Below the pieces are notes generated by a model, which saw nothing but the letters and a program-made list of their open reading frames with translations, ran no database searches and had not been told where the DNA came from. The position numbers and the translations under genes were made by a program. A stretch of 24,000 bases of DNA from Aquificales bacterium (GTDB lineage: Bacteria > Aquificota > Aquificia > Aquificales > Aquificaceae): NCBI GenBank assembly GCA_027037055.1, contig JALWBR010000018.1:13923-37922 (forward strand). Reading direction: 5' to 3'. Below, piece after piece: positions 8,184 through 16,399 of this stretch; position 1 is the stretch's first letter; every line of letters begins with the position of its first letter.

Positions 8184-8548
8184 CGGACATTTACGGTGTT
8201 GACCCCGCCCGCATTGATAGGGTGGAGGATATAAAAGATCTATTGGAGACAGCGGTCAAAGTTGCGGATCTTACAAAAATTTCCTCCCATTATTATCAAT
8301 TCCAACCTCACGGGGCAACGGGAGTTGTCCTCTTGGCGGAATCCCACATATCTATTCACACATGGCCAGAACACGGCATAGCAACAGTTGATGTTTACAC
8401 ATGCGGTGATCCCTCAAAGGCTTACAGAGCAATGGATTACATAATAAGCACCCTTGAACCTACAAGGGTTGATAAACAGATACATGAAAGGGGGCTTATG
8501 TTTAAAGACATGAATACCCCAGTAAATGTTTTAATGGAATCAAAATGA
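8153..8548 (+). CDS. speH: S-adenosylmethionine decarboxylase proenzyme, small SpeH type (pyruvoyl enzyme)
   Basis: 131 aa with LLAESHISIHTWPEHG, the self-cleavage (Glu-Ser) and HTWPE signature of class 1 AdoMetDC. GGGAGGA Shine-Dalgarno upstream. Confidence 0.9.
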   Translation: MAKTLGLHILADIYGVDPARIDRVEDIKDLLETAVKVADLTKISSHYYQFQPHGATGVVLLAESHISIHTWPEHGIATVDVYTCGDPSKAYRAMDYIISTLEPTRVDKQIHERGLMFKDMNTPVNVLMESK

Positions 8549-8763
8549 AGGTACGAATACTTATAATGCCCAAAGAGGGTCTTCTTGATCCTCAAGGCAG
8601 GGCGGTGATGGAATTACTGACATCAAAAGGTTACAACATAGAAAGTGCAAAAGTAGGAAAGGTCATAGAGATGGAAGTTGATGATTCCGTTGATATAGAA
8701 GAGATAGCAAAAAAATATCTGGTCAATCCCCTCATAGAAAGCTATAAAGTGGAAAAGGAATGA
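8545..8763 (+). CDS. purS: Phosphoribosylformylglycinamidine synthase subunit PurS
   Basis: 72 aa. KEGLLDPQGRAV...NPLIESYKVE matches the PurS pattern. ATGA overlap on both sides (speH and purQ). Confidence 0.85.
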   Translation: MKVRILIMPKEGLLDPQGRAVMELLTSKGYNIESAKVGKVIEMEVDDSVDIEEIAKKYLVNPLIESYKVEKE

Positions 8764-9440
8764 AATTCGGTGTTTGTGTATTTCCTGGTTCAAACTGCGA
8801 TTATGATACATACTATGTCATAAGGGATGTTCTTGAGAGGGATGTAAGATTTATTTATCACAATGAAACAAATATAAAGGACATAGATATTCTCATCCTT
8901 CCTGGGGGCTTCTCCTTTGGAGATTATGTAAGACCGGGTCTTCTTGCTTCTAAGACCGCTTTGATGGATGCGGTTATAGATTTTGCCCATAAAGGGGGTA
9001 TAGTGCTCGGTATATGTAACGGTTTCCAAATTTTAACAGAAGCGGGATTGCTTCCCGGAGCATTGCTCCCTAATGTAAACGGCAGGTTCATTTGCAAGGA
9101 TGTATATCTACGAATAGAAACAAAGTCAAGGATACTAACAAATAAATTAAAAAGAGGAGATGTATTAAGATTGCCCATAGCCCATCACGACGGCAGATAC
9201 TATGTTGATGATAAAACCCTAAAAGATATGGAAGAAAACGATCAGATAATATTCAGATATGCGGACAAGGAAGGAAACACGGATAACGGATCAAATCCCA
9301 ACGGTTCCGTCTCAAACATAGCGGGTATATGTAACAAAGAGGGAAATGTGTTTGGAATGATGCCCCATCCAGAAAGGGCATCCGAGGATGTTCTCGGAAA
9401 TCATGACGGACTCATGCTGTGGTATTCTCTTATTAGTTAA
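8760..9440 (+). CDS. purQ: Phosphoribosylformylglycinamidine synthase glutaminase subunit PurQ
   Basis: FPGSNCDYD, GGFSFGDY, nucleophile elbow GICNGFQ, and MPHPER. Confidence 0.93.
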   Translation: MKFGVCVFPGSNCDYDTYYVIRDVLERDVRFIYHNETNIKDIDILILPGGFSFGDYVRPGLLASKTALMDAVIDFAHKGGIVLGICNGFQILTEAGLLPGALLPNVNGRFICKDVYLRIETKSRILTNKLKRGDVLRLPIAHHDGRYYVDDKTLKDMEENDQIIFRYADKEGNTDNGSNPNGSVSNIAGICNKEGNVFGMMPHPERASEDVLGNHDGLMLWYSLIS

Positions 9441-10531
9441 TGGTTGAAGAATTCAAAGAAGCGGTTCAAAGAAGGAAGGCGAGGGTTGAAAGTTTTTTAA
9501 AGTGGGAATACCTCAGATTTTCCGATGATTTCAAAGATATTCCGAGGGGTACGGTCCTCTTCGGGAATGCAATTATATGGGGATATCCCCACATAGGTAG
9601 AATATTCAGGCTTGATAAGGGACTTAAAGAGCAATTTGAACATCCATTCTTTATTGAAGAAAAGGTGGACGGCTACAATGTAAGAATATTTGAACACGAC
9701 GGTGATATTGTAGCCCTTACGAGGGGAGGATATATATGCCCCTTTACCATAGACAGGATCCCTGAATTTTTAGACCTTCGTATTTTTGAAGAAAATCCGG
9801 ATATTATTATCTGCGGGGAAGTGGCGGGACCGGGTAATCCCTATATAGAAGAGAGTCCTCCCTTCATTAAGGAAGATGTACAGTTCTTCGTTTTTGACAT
9901 TATGAGTAAAAACAAAAGGGAGTTTTTGCCCTACACAAAGAAATTGGAGCTGATTAATAGGTATAACCTTCCCGCCGTTAAAACATACGGCAGATTTACA
10001 TCAGAGGATATACAAAAAATAAAAGAAATTCTCTTTAAGATGAATGAAGAAGGCAGAGAAGGTGTTGTTTTTAAAGAAGACTCGGAAAGGAACAAAAGGG
10101 TGAAATATGTAACAAGCAATGCAAACCTAAGCGATATAAGGGTAACGGCAAAAAACATGCTACAGCTACCCCCCGAATACTTTACGAACAGACTGCTCAG
10201 GCTCGTTCTTTTTATGGAAGAAGAGGGTATTGAAAAGACGGAAAAGTTATATAAAGATCTGGGTAAAGCCTTCATAGACGGACTATTTGACGCAATAGAA
10301 CAGTACAAAAAGGAACACAGAGTAAGCAGGAAGTTTTTATGTAAATTCAATAAAAAGGAAAATGCCCTCGCACTCATTGAACAGCTCAGCAGTGCTTCCA
10401 GACACATTCAGGTAATTCAAAATCGCTTGGAAAAAGAAGGAGATTATTACATACTTGAGTTTGAAAAGGTGTATCTGAACATGACGGGTTTCTTAGGACA
10501 TATACTAAGTGGCGGTCTTGTGTTTGATTAG
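9440..10531 (+). CDS. ATP-dependent RNA ligase, archaeal Pab1020 (Rnl3-like) family
   Basis: Nucleotidyltransferase motif [11 protein letters not shown] (KxDGxN), motif III FFVFDI, motif IV EGVVFK, motif V RVKYVT. The size (363 aa) fits the homodimeric Pab1020 type. TAATG overlap with the purQ stop. Confidence 0.85.
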   Translation: MVEEFKEAVQRRKARVESFLKWEYLRFSDDFKDIPRGTVLFGNAIIWGYPHIGRIFRLDKGLKEQFEHPFFIEEKVDGYNVRIFEHDGDIVALTRGGYICPFTIDRIPEFLDLRIFEENPDIIICGEVAGPGNPYIEESPPFIKEDVQFFVFDIMSKNKREFLPYTKKLELINRYNLPAVKTYGRFTSEDIQKIKEILFKMNEEGREGVVFKEDSERNKRVKYVTSNANLSDIRVTAKNMLQLPPEYFTNRLLRLVLFMEEEGIEKTEKLYKDLGKAFIDGLFDAIEQYKKEHRVSRKFLCKFNKKENALALIEQLSSASRHIQVIQNRLEKEGDYYILEFEKVYLNMTGFLGHILSGGLVFD

Positions 10532-11095
10532 GCTCTCAAGGACAACCCTTAAATTCTTAGGATTCATTATTTTGATACCCACCTTGTCCGCCCATTTTCT
10601 CAAACCCTCATCCCCCGAAATAAGAACACCGTCAAGCTCATAAGCGAGCAAAAGAACATCCACATCCTCTTTACTGTCAATAATACCCTGCCTTAAGGCT
10701 TCCCTGTACTTTTCCCTCAATCTTGCAATAAGTTTTCCCACATTCTCCTCATCAAGTTTTCCCGCCTCCTTCGTATGCTCCTCCGCTATTCTTAAACCCT
10801 TGTTTATCCTGTATCTTATTTCATCTATAAACTCATAAAGGATCTCACTCGGTATCATGAGCTGATACCTTCTCGGAGACCTTATTCTGACCACCATCTC
10901 AAACTCGGGTACGAGAACCTCCGAACCGAGAATGTGCTGAAGCTCTTCATAAACAGAAGAAGGCATAAAGAATTCCGCTCCCGAATGCATAGCAAGGTGT
11001 ATAAAGGTTTCCACAGCACCGTCGGGAGAGGATTCAAACTGACCGTATATATCTGGATTTGTAAAAACGCTTGTATCAAGGACGAACCTATCCAT
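10505..11095 (-). CDS. PIN-domain metallonuclease of the 'RNA ligase partner' / HARP (Aq_880-like RNA-free RNase P) type
   Basis: 196 aa. PIN acidic residues in [21 protein letters not shown] and LISGDEGL. Size and architecture fit the roughly 23-kDa PIN_5 proteins found beside Pab1020 ligases in archaea and Aquifex. The family assignment is from memory and is not searched. Confidence 0.75.
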   Translation of the reverse strand: MDRFVLDTSVFTNPDIYGQFESSPDGAVETFIHLAMHSGAEFFMPSSVYEELQHILGSEVLVPEFEMVVRIRSPRRYQLMIPSEILYEFIDEIRYRINKGLRIAEEHTKEAGKLDEENVGKLIARLREKYREALRQGIIDSKEDVDVLLLAYELDGVLISGDEGLRKWADKVGIKIMNPKNLRVVLESLIKHKTAT

Positions 11096-11102
11096 GAATT
11101 TT

Positions 11103-11110
11103 ATTATAAT
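11103..11110. promoter_or_regulatory. Palindromic ATTATAAT giving a consensus -10 box on both strands between the PIN gene and the oxidoreductase gene
   Basis: Plus strand: TATAAT (11105-11110), 8 nt, then ATG 11119. Minus strand: TATAAT (11108-11103), 7 nt, then ATG 11095. The whole intergenic region is 23 bp. Confidence 0.45.
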
Positions 11111-11118
11111 CTTTACCC

Positions 11119-12510
11119 ATGCGTGTGGTAATAGTGGGGAACGGTCCTGCCTCAGCTTCCGCTATAGAATCTTTCAGAGAAATAGATAAGGATTCGGAAA
11201 TAGTAGTCTTATCCGATGAAGAATTCCCTACCTATGCACCAAACTGTATGGAAAATGTGATAAGGAACGATATACAGGATAATGCACTTTTTTACAAAGG
11301 AGGGTTTGAGTTTTACGAAAGATACAAGGTTGATTTCAGACCAAAAAAGGAAGTAAAGGCGGTTGATACAAAAAGAAAGGTTGTTATAACTTCCGACGGG
11401 GATGAGATAGAGTATGATAAGTGCCTCTTAGCCGCAGGTGCTGACTCTTTTATACCTCCTATACAAGGTATTGAACTCGGCGGTGTAACAACCGCAAAGA
11501 ATCTGTACGATGCTTTAAAGATAAGAGAATGGATAAAAAGTGGAAAGATAAAAGATATAGTCATAGTAGGAGCGGGACCCATAGGTATTGAAGATGCGGA
11601 GACCCTCAAACATCTCGGATTTAATGTAACGGTAGTTGAAATATTTAACAGAGTCTTACCGAGAATGCTTGATAAGGACATGGCGGATATATACATGAAG
11701 TATCTGGAAGATCTGGGAATAAGATTCCTCCTTGAGCATCAGGTTACATCCATAGAAGGAAACAACTGGGTTGAGGGAGTAAGGGTAAAACCCATTCAAA
11801 GAGACAGGGAGATTTTCATAAAAGCGGACATGGTCATACTTTCTGTCGGCGTAAGACCCCGTACAAGGCTCGTTGAAAATACTGATATAAAAATACACAC
11901 GGATGAAAAGACGGGTAAACCGATGGGGGGAATATTAACCGATGAGTATCAAAGGACATCAAACCCCGATGTATATGCAGCGGGGGATATATGCTCATCA
12001 GTAGATGTCTTCGGTAATCACAGGTGGATAGCTTTATTCCCTGCAGCCCAGCAGGAAGGATATATTGCGGGGTACAATATGGCAGGATTGAGGGTAAAAA
12101 ATGAAGGAAGCGTTGATTACAATGCGGTAAAAACGAGAGAGGTTACAGCCGGTAGCGGAGGCATTTTCGGAGAGGATAAAGAAATTCTAAAGGTTGAATA
12201 TGATAATTATTTGATAAAAATATTCCTCAGCGAGGGTAGGATAACAGGTTATCAGTTTGTGGGTATACCCGCAAGTGAAGATATTAACAAGACAAATACC
12301 CTTCTCTATTCTCTTGTAAGGGAAGATTGGAAAAATACAGTAATATCAAGAAAGGGTATGGGACTGGAATCCTCGGGAGTGCTTATGCACAACTTCATAA
12401 GGAATAATAGAGTAGTAAACGAAACACATATAGATATAATAATGAAGGGAATACTAAGAGCCTTGGGAAGTACCGCCTTGGATACCCCCCTCTTCCGCAG
12501 AACTCTCTGA
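11119..12510 (+). CDS. FAD-dependent pyridine nucleotide-disulfide oxidoreductase (NADH oxidase / CoA-disulfide reductase-like)
   Basis: Rossmann motifs [13 protein letters not shown] (FAD) and [15 protein letters not shown] (NAD(P)H), YAAGDIC near the C-terminal FAD contact, and a single candidate redox Cys in YAPNCMENV. Confidence 0.85.
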   Translation: MRVVIVGNGPASASAIESFREIDKDSEIVVLSDEEFPTYAPNCMENVIRNDIQDNALFYKGGFEFYERYKVDFRPKKEVKAVDTKRKVVITSDGDEIEYDKCLLAAGADSFIPPIQGIELGGVTTAKNLYDALKIREWIKSGKIKDIVIVGAGPIGIEDAETLKHLGFNVTVVEIFNRVLPRMLDKDMADIYMKYLEDLGIRFLLEHQVTSIEGNNWVEGVRVKPIQRDREIFIKADMVILSVGVRPRTRLVENTDIKIHTDEKTGKPMGGILTDEYQRTSNPDVYAAGDICSSVDVFGNHRWIALFPAAQQEGYIAGYNMAGLRVKNEGSVDYNAVKTREVTAGSGGIFGEDKEILKVEYDNYLIKIFLSEGRITGYQFVGIPASEDINKTNTLLYSLVREDWKNTVISRKGMGLESSGVLMHNFIRNNRVVNETHIDIIMKGILRALGSTALDTPLFRRTL

Positions 12511-13965
12511 TTCCATACCCGGTTTATATATAACTATTCTGTTCTTCCCCAACTTTTTAGCCCTGTAAAGGGCTATATCCGCCTCTTTTATAAGCGTATC
12601 AATATTATCAACATCCTCCCTGTAGGTTGATATACCGCCGCTCACCGTCGTAGATATATATTTGCCATTTACGGGAAACTTCTTTTGTTCAAAGATCTTC
12701 CTTATCCTCTCCGCAACTTGAAATCCACTTTCAGCATCACTATTCTGGAGAACAACAACAAATTCCTCACCGCCGAATCGTGAAACAATATCAGAGCTCC
12801 TTACATTGCTTTTAAGAATTTCCGCAAACTCCTTAAGGACCCTGTCACCCACATCATGACCGTAGTTATCATTTATGTGCTTGAAGTTATCTATATCAAA
12901 AACGACCAATGTAAAAATGTTACCGTACCTTTTAGCATTCTCTATAATCAGCTTTATATGTTCAAAGAAGAACCTCCTGTTATACAGACCAGTAAGGTGA
13001 TCAATATAGGCTATCTCCTGAAGTTTATCCCTTTCCGTTTTTATTTCCTCAATAAGATCTTTCAATCTCTCACCCATAAGCAAAATACTGTGTTTTAACA
13101 TATATATCTCATCCCTATTCTTTTCCCGCGCTATTTCCCTTTCAAGGGCTTCTATCTTTGAAAAATCCCCCCTTTGAAAGGATTCCGCGGTGTCCTTTAT
13201 AAGTTCTATCCCAGAAACAACCCTCCTTATAGTTAGATAAACGATAAAGCTTATAAGGAAGGTAAGAACAAAGTTGTAAAGGGTAAGCTTTATAAATTCC
13301 ACAATGTAACTTCTGTAAAGGGTCGCCATATCCTTGACTATTATTATTCTGCCCGCAGGTATCTCCCCCCTTATTAATATGGGAATATCCATTATGAACT
13401 TTTTATCGGGGAATTCTCCCACAATTCTGTAACCATCAATATCCATGTAATCCGTAAGGCTAAGGATTTCCGTGCTTGATGCATCTTCAACAAGAACCTT
13501 TTTAAAAACATATCTATCCTTTATGTAAATATCCTGAATACCATATTCCTTTAAAATGCCTTCAATAAATTTTTTATCATAAATTATCATCCAGTCAATA
13601 TCTTCAACAAGCTTGATCAGATCAAGAATATCCGCAAGGTGAGAATAAACGAGATAACATCCCTCTTTTTTAGTCACATAAAATCCCACAACCGTACCTT
13701 CATTTGTAAGATCGTAAACCTTAAATTTGTTCTTACACCTATCTTCACTGACCTTCAATAAAGATCCGGGTCCTGCGGTCTCTTTAAGACGGGATATTTC
13801 AAAATCCTCAAAGGTTTTATATAGGGAGTGTATTCTTTTGAAGTTGGTACTTATCTCTCCTTCCAGATTGTTTCTTAGTTGGATAAAGTTAAATATACCT
13901 ATGGTTACAACTATTAGAATTGAAACAATCAAAATACTTAAAAATATCCTCTTTTTCAGGGTCAT
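12454..13965 (-). CDS. Membrane-bound diguanylate cyclase (2 TM + periplasmic sensor + linker/coiled coil + GGDEF with I-site)
   Basis: Catalytic FDIDNFKHINDNYGHDVGD and GGEEF, with an RSSD I-site 5 residues upstream of GGEEF. TM helices lie at about aa 14-36 and 237-262 of the long ORF. The maximal ORF starts at 13989 (MTELYNYMM...). I favour the second of the tandem ATGs (13965, MTLKKRIF...) because of the -10 element geometry. ATG 13968 is also possible. Confidence 0.9.
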   Translation of the reverse strand: MTLKKRIFLSILIVSILIVVTIGIFNFIQLRNNLEGEISTNFKRIHSLYKTFEDFEISRLKETAGPGSLLKVSEDRCKNKFKVYDLTNEGTVVGFYVTKKEGCYLVYSHLADILDLIKLVEDIDWMIIYDKKFIEGILKEYGIQDIYIKDRYVFKKVLVEDASSTEILSLTDYMDIDGYRIVGEFPDKKFIMDIPILIRGEIPAGRIIIVKDMATLYRSYIVEFIKLTLYNFVLTFLISFIVYLTIRRVVSGIELIKDTAESFQRGDFSKIEALEREIAREKNRDEIYMLKHSILLMGERLKDLIEEIKTERDKLQEIAYIDHLTGLYNRRFFFEHIKLIIENAKRYGNIFTLVVFDIDNFKHINDNYGHDVGDRVLKEFAEILKSNVRSSDIVSRFGGEEFVVVLQNSDAESGFQVAERIRKIFEQKKFPVNGKYISTTVSGGISTYREDVDNIDTLIKEADIALYRAKKLGKNRIVIYKPGMESESSAEEGGIQGGTSQGS

Positions 13966-13970
13966 CATAT

Positions 13971-13982
13971 AATTATATAATT
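13971..13982. promoter_or_regulatory. 12-bp perfect palindrome AATTATATAATT providing -10 boxes for both nadD and the diguanylate cyclase gene
   Basis: Plus strand: TATAAT (13976-13981), 6 nt, then nadD ATG 13988. Minus strand: TATAAT (13977-13972), 6 nt, then ATG 13965 (or 3 nt to ATG 13968). Confidence 0.45.
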
Positions 13983-13987
13983 CGGTC

Positions 13988-14581
13988 ATGATACTATTCT
14001 TTGGCGGTAGCTTTGATCCGATTCACAACGGACATCTTATTCTCGCGGAGGATGTCAGGGAAAAGCTGGGATTTAAAAAGGTAATTCTTATTCCCGCAAA
14101 CATATCGCCCCTCAAAGGAAGATATGTAGCACCACCCGAGCACAGGATACGCATGATAGATATATCAATAAGGAACCTTGAAAACTTTGATGTTGACCTT
14201 TGGGAGATAAAGGCAGGCGGAGTTTCTTACACAATAAATACAATAAAGTACATTAAGGAAAAGTACGGTAATAAACCCTACATGCTTGTCGGAGCGGACA
14301 GTATGCTAAGCTTTGACAAATGGAAGGATCCGGAAAAAATCCTTAAAGAAAGCTGTATAGTTATTATGGAAAGGGAAGGAAAACTTCCCTTGGTGGAAAG
14401 ATTTATGACAGAGAAATTTCCGTCCTTTAAAGAAGGCAAGGATTATTTAATAGTAAAAACCAGGCGTATAGATATATCTTCCACTGAAATAAGGGAAAGG
14501 GTAAAAAGGGGACTTCCTATAAGAGGGATGGTACCCGTGGAGGTAGAGACTTATATAAAAGAAAAGGGTCTTTATAAATAA
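13988..14581 (+). CDS. nadD: Nicotinate-nucleotide adenylyltransferase
   Basis: FFGGSFDPIHNGHL (HxGH) at the N-terminus and ISSTEIRERV (ISSTxxR) near the C-terminus. 197 aa. Confidence 0.93.
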   Translation: MILFFGGSFDPIHNGHLILAEDVREKLGFKKVILIPANISPLKGRYVAPPEHRIRMIDISIRNLENFDVDLWEIKAGGVSYTINTIKYIKEKYGNKPYMLVGADSMLSFDKWKDPEKILKESCIVIMEREGKLPLVERFMTEKFPSFKEGKDYLIVKTRRIDISSTEIRERVKRGLPIRGMVPVEVETYIKEKGLYK

Positions 14582-14875
14582 CTACTGTGTCTCACTTATT
14601 TCCGTTATCCTTATACCTATCTTATCTCCCACTATAACCATCTCCCCTTTGGCAATAGGCACACCGTTAACCTTAACATCTATGGTGTCACTTATGTTCC
14701 TTTCAAGCTCTATAACGGAACCAGCCTGCAGATTTATAAGATCCCGTACAAGAATGGTAGCCTCTCCCAAAGAACCTTCTATCTTCATTGGGATATCATG
14801 AAGTTTCTCGCATTTCTCCAATTCACATAAATTGTGCTCTTCCCTTTTTTCTTCTCTCCCTTGACCGTTTTCCAT
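14582..14875 (-). CDS. fliN: Flagellar motor switch protein FliN (minimal SpoA-domain form)
   Basis: SpoA domain LGEATILVRDLINLQAGSVIELERNISDTIDVKVNGVPIAKGEMVIVGDKIGIRITEI. I chose the start at ATG 14875 (97 aa) because GAAGGAGA lies 7 nt upstream and it forms a TAATG overlap with the fliF stop. The longer ORF start at 14896 has no SD. Confidence 0.88.
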   Translation of the reverse strand: MENGQGREEKREEHNLCELEKCEKLHDIPMKIEGSLGEATILVRDLINLQAGSVIELERNISDTIDVKVNGVPIAKGEMVIVGDKIGIRITEISETQ

Positions 14876-16398
14876 TATCTTGTCTCCTTCAACCATGATT
14901 TGATAATCTTGGCAACCTTGTTAGGCTCTTCCTTCGCTATATTGGTTATAGTATCTATTACTATAACCTCCTTTGCCTTTTCCCTTATAGCCTCAAGGCC
15001 CGCAACACTTTCAAGCTCTCCAGCAGTGGGTACCTTGGCAGGAGTAGGCGGAGCTTCAACAGTAACCCTCTCCCTTCTTCCCAATCTTCTCATCAAAATA
15101 ACAAAAGCTATAAAAGCAAGCAAAGCCATAAAGGCATAAACGCCCCATCTTATATATTCGGAGTAATCAACATATTCAACAAACTCGGGTTTTTGAAAGG
15201 GAACGGAAACTATGGATATCTTGTCTCCCCTTTCCATGTTAAGCCCTGCAGCGGCTACAATCATATCCTCAAGCTTTTTCAAATCCACATCCTTCTCAGC
15301 ATTCTTGTCTATAAGAACACCCACACTTATCCTCTTTATCTTCGGTGCATAGTCCGCCGTATAGATCTCCTTTTTACTCACCTCAAAGTTTGTTGTAACT
15401 TCACTTTTCTCCGTATTTATAGTCCCACCGCCCCCTACACCTGCCCCCGGCGGTATATTTGCGGTTGCACCCGGGATACCACCTATACCCGTACCCATTG
15501 TTCTCTCTTTCCTTTTCTGTTGACTGACAACAGCAGTCATGTCTGGATCATATATCTCTTCCTTCTTCTCCATTTTTGTAAAGTCCATCTCCGCGGATAC
15601 GACAACCTTAACCTTGTCATAGCCTATGGTTTCGGAAAGGGCTTTCAAAATCTTCTTTTCCAATTTCCTTTCAAACTCAGAAACTATCTTCAACTGCTTC
15701 TCACTAACGCCTTTAAATTCGTCTCCCTCATCAAGGAGGGCTGTAAGGTCCCTGCCCCTGTCGTCAATTATAACCACATTGGAAGGTTTAAGTCTTTCAA
15801 CACTTGATGCTACAAGATTTCTGATGGCTATAATCTGTTCACGGGTAATATCCGTACCAGGCTTAAGCTTTATAAAGACGGAAGCGGAAGGTTCTTCTTC
15901 CTCCCTTAGGAATATTGATTTTTCTGGTATGGCTATATGCACCCTTGCATCGGTAATGTTCTTTATTCTTAGAATAGTTCTGACAAGTTCTCCCTCTATA
16001 GCCCTTTTGTAATTTACCTGTTGTTGAAAATTTGAAATACCTATCCCCGTTTTATCAAAAATCTCATAACCTATTATGCCCTTACTGGGAATACCCTTTG
16101 CACTGAGCTTAAGCCTTATATCTCTTACCTGACCTTCCGGAACGAGAACGGTCCTCCCATCCTTCCCTATCTTATACTTAACTCCTTCCTTATCCAGTTC
16201 CGTTAAGATAGCTACCATATCCTCTTGACTGAGACCAGAGTAAAGGATTGAGTAGCTGGGCTGGGCTAAATAAACGGAAGCAACCCCAAGAATTATAATA
16301 AGACCGAGGGCGGAAGCTATTATCAAAAACTTTTGTGTCGTAGGAAGCTGTTTAAACCTTTCTACTAAGCCCCTTATACTTTCCCTTACATCAGCCAT
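14875..16398 (-). CDS. fliF: Flagellar M-ring protein FliF
   Basis: 507 aa. N-terminal TM, YscJ/FliF ring-building domains (LYSGLSQEDMVAILTELDKEGVKYK...), second TM (VYAFMALLAFIAFVILM) and a charged C-terminal tail. Confidence 0.93.
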   Translation of the reverse strand: MADVRESIRGLVERFKQLPTTQKFLIIASALGLIIILGVASVYLAQPSYSILYSGLSQEDMVAILTELDKEGVKYKIGKDGRTVLVPEGQVRDIRLKLSAKGIPSKGIIGYEIFDKTGIGISNFQQQVNYKRAIEGELVRTILRIKNITDARVHIAIPEKSIFLREEEEPSASVFIKLKPGTDITREQIIAIRNLVASSVERLKPSNVVIIDDRGRDLTALLDEGDEFKGVSEKQLKIVSEFERKLEKKILKALSETIGYDKVKVVVSAEMDFTKMEKKEEIYDPDMTAVVSQQKRKERTMGTGIGGIPGATANIPPGAGVGGGGTINTEKSEVTTNFEVSKKEIYTADYAPKIKRISVGVLIDKNAEKDVDLKKLEDMIVAAAGLNMERGDKISIVSVPFQKPEFVEYVDYSEYIRWGVYAFMALLAFIAFVILMRRLGRRERVTVEAPPTPAKVPTAGELESVAGLEAIREKAKEVIVIDTITNIAKEEPNKVAKIIKSWLKETR

Positions 16399-16399
16399 A

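Noticed and set aside
8623-9178. Minus-strand ORFs 8623..8811, 8790..9029 and 8924..9178 antisense to purS/purQ.
   Set aside because: They are shadow frames of well-supported genes.
9497-10407. Minus-strand ORFs 9497..9697 and 9931..10407 (158 aa) antisense to the RNA ligase gene.
   Set aside because: They have Ser/Leu/Phe-rich antisense composition. The ligase frame carries all the nucleotidyltransferase motifs.
11313-13972. Antisense or alternative-frame ORFs inside the oxidoreductase and cyclase genes (11313..11696, 11656..11898, 12856..13098, 13727..13972).
   Set aside because: They are shadow ORFs. The opposing frames carry clear Rossmann and GGDEF signatures.
14834-16012. Plus-strand ORFs 14834..15139, 15193..15807 (204 aa) and 15626..16012 antisense to fliF/fliN.
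   Set aside because: They fall completely inside the conserved fliF frame and show no independent start signals or domain patterns.
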